Below, piece after piece: positions 7,873-11,779 of a stretch of 11,779 nucleotides of DNA. The notes below the pieces were generated by a model. It saw only the letters and a list, made by a program, of their open reading frames with translations. It ran no database searches and was not told the DNA's origin. Within the stretch, counting starts at the first letter, position 1. Every line of letters begins with the position of its first letter. The stretch lies in contig JBDGTY010000054.1 of the NCBI GenBank assembly GCA_042216335.1, positions 1 to 11,779 of the forward strand. Direction: 5' to 3'. The DNA comes from Candidatus Nanohalobium sp. Lineage in GTDB: Archaea > Nanohalarchaeota > Nanosalinia > Nanosalinales > Nanosalinaceae. A program made the position numbers and the translations under genes.

Positions 7873-9138
7873 GTGAAAGCAGTAATACTGGCCGCCGGCG
7901 AGTCAAGCAGGTTCAAACCATTAAGCGATAAGAGACACAAGGCACTGACCCATATCCTAGGAAAGCCGATTATAGAGCATACTATCGAAGAGTTACGAGA
8001 GGCTAGCGTCGAAGAAGTCATAGTCGTACAGGGCCCGGAGAAAAATATAGAAGAAGAACTTGGAGGCGCTGCCGATAGATATGTTGTACAGGAGGAGCCG
8101 AACGGCATGGGCCACGCATTGAATCAGGCACGGGAGTTCCTGGATGACAAGTTTCTGGTTTTAACGCCTTACCGTTCCCGTGCGTCGGAACTCTTCGAAC
8201 CAATGATGCAGAAAGCAGAGAGGGAAGACGCAAAAATTGTATTCGTTTCTTCAGAAACTAAGGAGCCGGAGAAGTACGGCATACTGGACGTAGAGGATGG
8301 AAAAGCTACAGATATAGTGGAGAAGCCGGAGCCAGGAGAGGCCCCCAGCGACAGAAAAGTCGTCGGAATGTACCTTCTCAGTCCGGAATTCTTCGATCAC
8401 CTTGATTCGGTAGAGGAGTGGGAGTACCAGTACGAAGACGCACTCTCAAGCATGATGGAAGAAAATCCAGCAGAAGTAGTCAAGATAGAGGAGGAGCCCG
8501 GCTCGATAAAGTATCCCTGGGACCTCTTCGATGTAATAAACGAGCTGATGGCAGAAAAAGAGAGAAGTATCAGCGGTTCAGCCGAGATAGCCGAGTCAGC
8601 ACAGGTCAAAGGAAAAGTCATAATCGAGGAAGGAGCCACAGTATACGAGAACGCTGTCGTGAAGGGACCAGCCTACATCGGAAGAAATGCCGTGGTCGGA
8701 AACAACGCAATCCTCCGAAACGGGTCAGTACTAGAGGAGAGCACTGTGGCCGGCGCAAACAGCGAGATAAAGAACTCGATACTTCAGCCCGGAGCATCAA
8801 CACATTCAGGCTTCGTAGGAGACTCAATCATCGGAAGAAACACAAAGATAGGTGCCGGCACTATTGTAGCAAACCGTGGCTTCCGGGAGGAGGGAGACAG
8901 ACCAGAGATAGAAGTCGATCTGATGGGAAAGGACAGGAAGGAAGGATCAGGAAGAAATTCACTCGGATGTTTCATCGGGGAAAACGTCGACATCGGAGTT
9001 AACTGCTCAATAATGCCGGGAATAGAGATTGGAAGCAACTCCAAAGTCGGGCCGGGAACAGTCGTAAAGGAAAACGTGAAACCCAGGGAAACAGTGTATG
9101 TAGACCAGGAACAGGTGAGGAAAGATCAAAACCAATAG
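7873..9138 (+). CDS. glmU: Archaeal GlmU-like bifunctional sugar-1-phosphate nucleotidyltransferase/acetyltransferase B, about 421 aa
   Basis: KAVILAAGESSRFKPL...K, YGIL..IVEKP and YPWDL are present, followed by a long LbH with HSGFVGDSIIG, IGAGTIVAN and GRNSLGCFIGENVDIGVNCSIMPG typical of archaeal GlmU. GTG at 7873 gives MKAVILAAG. Confidence 0.85.
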   Translation: MKAVILAAGESSRFKPLSDKRHKALTHILGKPIIEHTIEELREASVEEVIVVQGPEKNIEEELGGAADRYVVQEEPNGMGHALNQAREFLDDKFLVLTPYRSRASELFEPMMQKAEREDAKIVFVSSETKEPEKYGILDVEDGKATDIVEKPEPGEAPSDRKVVGMYLLSPEFFDHLDSVEEWEYQYEDALSSMMEENPAEVVKIEEEPGSIKYPWDLFDVINELMAEKERSISGSAEIAESAQVKGKVIIEEGATVYENAVVKGPAYIGRNAVVGNNAILRNGSVLEESTVAGANSEIKNSILQPGASTHSGFVGDSIIGRNTKIGAGTIVANRGFREEGDRPEIEVDLMGKDRKEGSGRNSLGCFIGENVDIGVNCSIMPGIEIGSNSKVGPGTVVKENVKPRETVYVDQEQVRKDQNQ

Positions 9139-9201
9139 AGTCGTTTCGCAGCGCAAAGCGGCAGATGATAATCAAACTTTCAGAAGCTCGGTGAGGAAAA
9201 A

Positions 9202-9693
9202 TTGAGGATCGGCATAGACTTCGACCGCGTCATCTTCGACACCGACAGCTTCAACGAATATCTGAAGGAAGAAGTGGAGGGACTTGAACATGTAGAAACC
9301 TCCCCATACAATGAGCACGGAGTCTACAGCCCGGAGATACACGCAGAGATTTGCGGCATAGACGTGGAAAGAATTTACGATGCTATGGAAGAGCTGGGAG
9401 GTTTCGTATACGATGACATTTCAGATATCAGTTCTACCGACCATGAACTAGTCCTGATTACCCGTGGACAGAAATATTATCAGAAAAAGAAGATCGAAGG
9501 TGCTGGAGTAGAGGATAAATTCGACAAGACAATAGTGGTGGAGAAAGGTTCGAAAGACGTGGCAGACATCGACTTCCTAATCGACGACCAGAAAAGAGAG
9601 ATAGAGAAGGCAGGAGTCCCGGGCTTCGAATTCGACAGAGAGAAGCATTCGCTGAGCGATGCACTGGAGGAGGCTGAAAAGCATGAAACCTGA
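9202..9693 (+). CDS. HAD-superfamily hydrolase (small phosphatase/nucleotidase-like), 163 aa
   Basis: Motif I IGIDFDRVIFDT, motif II LITRG, a Lys in GSK and motif IV FLIDD are present. A strong SD GGTGAGG at 9190-9196 precedes the TTG start. Confidence 0.8.
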   Translation: MRIGIDFDRVIFDTDSFNEYLKEEVEGLEHVETSPYNEHGVYSPEIHAEICGIDVERIYDAMEELGGFVYDDISDISSTDHELVLITRGQKYYQKKKIEGAGVEDKFDKTIVVEKGSKDVADIDFLIDDQKREIEKAGVPGFEFDREKHSLSDALEEAEKHET

Positions 9694-10984
9694 GAAAGTG
9701 TTCAAAAGGTATGATGTACGCGGCAGATATCCTGAAGAACTGGATGAGGAATTCGTGGAGAGGATGGGAAAATCCCTGGAAAAATGGGTCCTGGAAAACA
9801 GTGGAGAGAAAGTCGTAGTGTGCAGGGACAACAAGGAAAGCTCTGAAAGCCTCAAGAAGAGTCTGGTAGAAGGCATCACATCTATAGGCGTTGATGTGGT
9901 CGATGCTGGTGTCGGCCCTACTGATTACACGTCATTCCACGGAAGCAGGGAAGACGCTGTCAGCGTCCAGGTCACTTCTTCTCACATGCCTCTGGAGTTC
10001 AACGGCCTGAAGTTCATGTACCCAAGGGGAAACGGCTTCCTCAACGACGATCTAAATATGCTGGAAGAGTTCTTCCACAAAGAGGATTTTCCAGATGGAA
10101 ACGGCGATATAAGGAAGCTGGAAGAACCCGGAGAGGATTATATCGAAGATGTAGTGGAGTACGTCAGGCAGAAAGGCGGAGAGTTCGACAGGAGAGTCGT
10201 GGTCGACAGCATGGGAGGAGCCACGCGAAACTTCCTGCCCGAAGTCCTGGAGAGACTTGGTTTCGACGTGATCGATCTGGCAGAGGGCAGAGAAGGAATC
10301 TACAGGAATCCTCCGGATCCCAGGCCCGAAATACTGGGAGAGCTAGCCGAAAAAGTTGAAGAGGAAGATGCGTACATGGGCCTGGCGACCGACCTCGACG
10401 GAGACCGGGTCCAGGTATACTTTGACGGCGACTGGATTTCGGGCGACGACCTGTTCTGTATCTTCGCCCAGCTTTTTTCCGGCGAGGTGGTGGCGTCGGT
10501 CGATACCTCGAAGAACCTAGAGGAGTTCGCCGATAAGGTACATTACACCCGTGTAGGCGACCCTTTCGTCGTTGACAGGATGCTGAAGGAGGGTGCGGTG
10601 CTCTCGGGCGAGCCCAACGGCCATTACTGCTTCCCGGAGCTCATCAACTACAACTCTGGCACTCTGGCAGGCGCTCTCGCAGCCTCCATCGACTTCGATG
10701 GGAAGCTGGAGAAAGTTCCGGAAAGTTTCCTGGAGAAGGAGAACGTTGAATACGACGACAGGAATAAAAGGAACAGAGAGATGAAGAAGTTCAGGACGAA
10801 GGCTGTTTCTGAACTTGATATCGACTCCACAGCGGACGGCGTCAAGTTCACCTGTGGCGACGCTTCCGTACTTGTCAGGCCTTCAGGAAGCTCCCCGAAG
10901 ATCCGCGTGAAGTCCCAGGCCCCGAACAAGGAAGGGGCGGAGAATGGACTGGCGAAGGCACTGGATATTATAGGAAAGGAATAA
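9683..10984 (+). CDS. Alpha-D-phosphohexomutase (phosphomannomutase/phosphoglucomutase or phosphoglucosamine mutase), about 433 aa
   Basis: FKRYDVRG, catalytic VTSSHMP, metal loop DLDGDR, sugar loop GEPNGH and phosphate loop RPSGSSP are present. ATG 9683 has GGAGG upstream and overlaps the HAD gene by 11 nt. Confidence 0.93.
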   Translation: MKPEKVFKRYDVRGRYPEELDEEFVERMGKSLEKWVLENSGEKVVVCRDNKESSESLKKSLVEGITSIGVDVVDAGVGPTDYTSFHGSREDAVSVQVTSSHMPLEFNGLKFMYPRGNGFLNDDLNMLEEFFHKEDFPDGNGDIRKLEEPGEDYIEDVVEYVRQKGGEFDRRVVVDSMGGATRNFLPEVLERLGFDVIDLAEGREGIYRNPPDPRPEILGELAEKVEEEDAYMGLATDLDGDRVQVYFDGDWISGDDLFCIFAQLFSGEVVASVDTSKNLEEFADKVHYTRVGDPFVVDRMLKEGAVLSGEPNGHYCFPELINYNSGTLAGALAASIDFDGKLEKVPESFLEKENVEYDDRNKRNREMKKFRTKAVSELDIDSTADGVKFTCGDASVLVRPSGSSPKIRVKSQAPNKEGAENGLAKALDIIGKE

Positions 10985-11008
10985 AACTGCTGGAGAGAAA
11001 CTTTCTGT

Positions 11009-11224
11009 ATGAACGAAGTACTATACGAATTTGACCAAGGACCTTACGATGTTCTAAACTTCACTGTCGAGGACCAGGACGGCAAAGCCGTTATCGAAAT
11101 AAACGATGGGGATCTAGGCAGGCTGCCTGTTGAGAACCTTGAAACAGTTGAGGAACTGAGAAACGCGCTGGATATAGTTGAGAAGGTTCTTGAGGAGAAA
11201 AAGCGGCGCCAGGAAGAGTTCTAG
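11009..11224 (+). CDS. Small acidic hypothetical protein, 71 aa
   Basis: ATG-initiated, D/E-rich like the rest of the proteome, and fills the gap after the mutase. It has a C-terminal amphipathic helix and is followed by T tracts. Confidence 0.75.
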   Translation: MNEVLYEFDQGPYDVLNFTVEDQDGKAVIEINDGDLGRLPVENLETVEELRNALDIVEKVLEEKKRRQEEF

Positions 11225-11227
11225 ATC

Positions 11228-11271
11228 TTTTCCTATACTTTTTGTTGGAAAATTTGGAAAAAGAAGAAAGA
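11228..11271. terminator. Putative bidirectional oligo(T) terminator region
   Basis: Plus-strand T tracts (11228-11231, 11239-11243) follow the 71-aa gene. A minus-strand pyrimidine tract (complement of GGAAAAAGAAGAAAGA, 11256-11271) follows the histone gene. Confidence 0.5.
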
Positions 11272-11302
11272 TTTAGGGGGAGGGAAAATTGTGAAGAGAC
11301 TC

Positions 11303-11349
11303 GGAAATCGGAAGATTTCCTGCGGTTCAGAAAACCCTTCCGGGTTTTC
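11303..11349. repeat. Pair of perfect short hairpins
   Basis: GGAAATC-GGAA-GATTTCC (11303-11320) and GAAAACCC-TTCC-GGGTTTTC (11330-11349), separated by 9 nt. Confidence 0.85.
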
Positions 11350-11354
11350 GTCAC

Positions 11355-11522
11355 TTATACGTCTCTTGCTTTGACGGTCTTTCGTCCGTTCTCCTGAGCT
11401 CTTTCTACTGCTCTCTCGACTAGGTCTTTGACTTCGTCGTCGAGTGCGTCGTAGAAGTCGCTTCCTACGTTGACGCCGTCAGCGGCGTCACGGACTCCAG
11501 ACTTCTTAAGTACGTCTACCAT
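11355..11522 (-). CDS. Short histone-fold protein (DUF1931-like, truncated alpha3), 55 aa; not in the ORF track
   Basis: Hand translation gives MVDVLKKSGVRDAADGVNVGSDFYDALDDEVKDLVERAVERAQENGRKTVKARDV, which carries the histone-fold L2 motif RKTV..RD. SD GGTGA is at 11529-11533 and TATAAAAAA at 11555-11563. Confidence 0.92.
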   Translation of the reverse strand: MVDVLKKSGVRDAADGVNVGSDFYDALDDEVKDLVERAVERAQENGRKTVKARDV

Positions 11523-11554
11523 GTTAATTCACCAATGACGTATTGTCAGTCCTC

Positions 11555-11563
11555 TTTTTTATA
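11555..11563 (-). promoter_or_regulatory. Putative TATA box of the histone-fold gene
   Basis: TATAAAAAA lies 33-41 nt upstream of ATG 11522, leaving room for a short leader containing GGTGA. Confidence 0.6.
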
Positions 11564-11725
11564 GGTAGGGGCGGTTTGGCCGTTTTAGGTCGAGGTTATG
11601 CACCTGAACACCGAATCCCCTCAACTTCAGTTCTTCTTCGTTTAAAAATCCAGCGACTGAGGTATTCGATTTTAACCGAACAGAAAAGCATAAATTAAAA
11701 ATAACTGACCGCTGCCAGTGTTGTT

Positions 11726-11779
11726 ATGGAACTCGATTTCAAAACCGTCAAGGCGCTTTCCTCTCCGACACGGATCAAG
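11726..11779 (+). CDS. 5' end of an ArsR-like winged-helix transcriptional regulator (partial, MELDFKTVKALSSPTRIK...)
   Basis: KALSSPTRIK matches the ArsR first-helix pattern (kaLsdptRlkI). AT-rich ATAAATTAAAA at 11690-11700 is at promoter distance. The frame runs off the window. Confidence 0.75.
   Translation, partial: MELDFKTVKALSSPTRIK

Noticed and set aside
8418-9002. 194-aa Arg-rich plus-strand alternative frame inside GlmU-like B
   Set aside because: It is an off-frame artefact of GA-rich codons. The main frame is intact and there is no frameshift signal.
11291-11354. Possible hammerhead ribozyme on the minus strand (GAC-GAAA-stem, CTGA, GAGTC)
   Set aside because: The CUGANGA core is absent (CTGAACC instead) and the elements are not in a valid order.
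11091-11354. 87-aa minus-strand ORF across the terminator region
   Set aside because: It is basic, spans hairpins and T tracts, and overlaps the better-supported 71-aa gene.
11565-11625. tRNA-like appearance (GGGG...CCCC ends, CGAATCCCC)
   Set aside because: No cloverleaf and no proper GTTCRA T-loop could be formed on either strand.

Overview
Compact archaeal chromosomal segment from an extreme halophile. The very acidic proteins, archaeal marker genes (dph2, rpl10e), roughly 50-55% GC and tiny intergenic gaps best fit Nanohaloarchaeota/DPANN, which is an inference. The left half is on the minus strand: an AT-rich ORFan with protein-kinase-like motifs, dph2, a shrunken PEP-synthase-like protein lacking its phospho-His, rpl10e (uL16) and an RHH-domain protein. 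The middle is a plus-strand sugar-phosphate/nucleotide-sugar cluster: a Gfo/Idh/MocA-like protein, two GlmU-like NTP-transferase/left-handed beta-helix (LbH) paralogs flanking an EamA transporter, a HAD phosphatase and a phosphohexomutase. The right end holds a small acidic protein, a twin-hairpin element, a 55-aa short histone-fold gene missed by the ORF track, and the start of an ArsR-like regulator. The most notable observations are the two GlmU-like paralogs that have lost complementary halves of the nucleotidyltransferase active site, the His-less miniature PEP synthase, and the low-GC kinase-like gene bracketed by AATTAA repeats that coincide with stop codons. All motif calls were made by eye and no searches were run.
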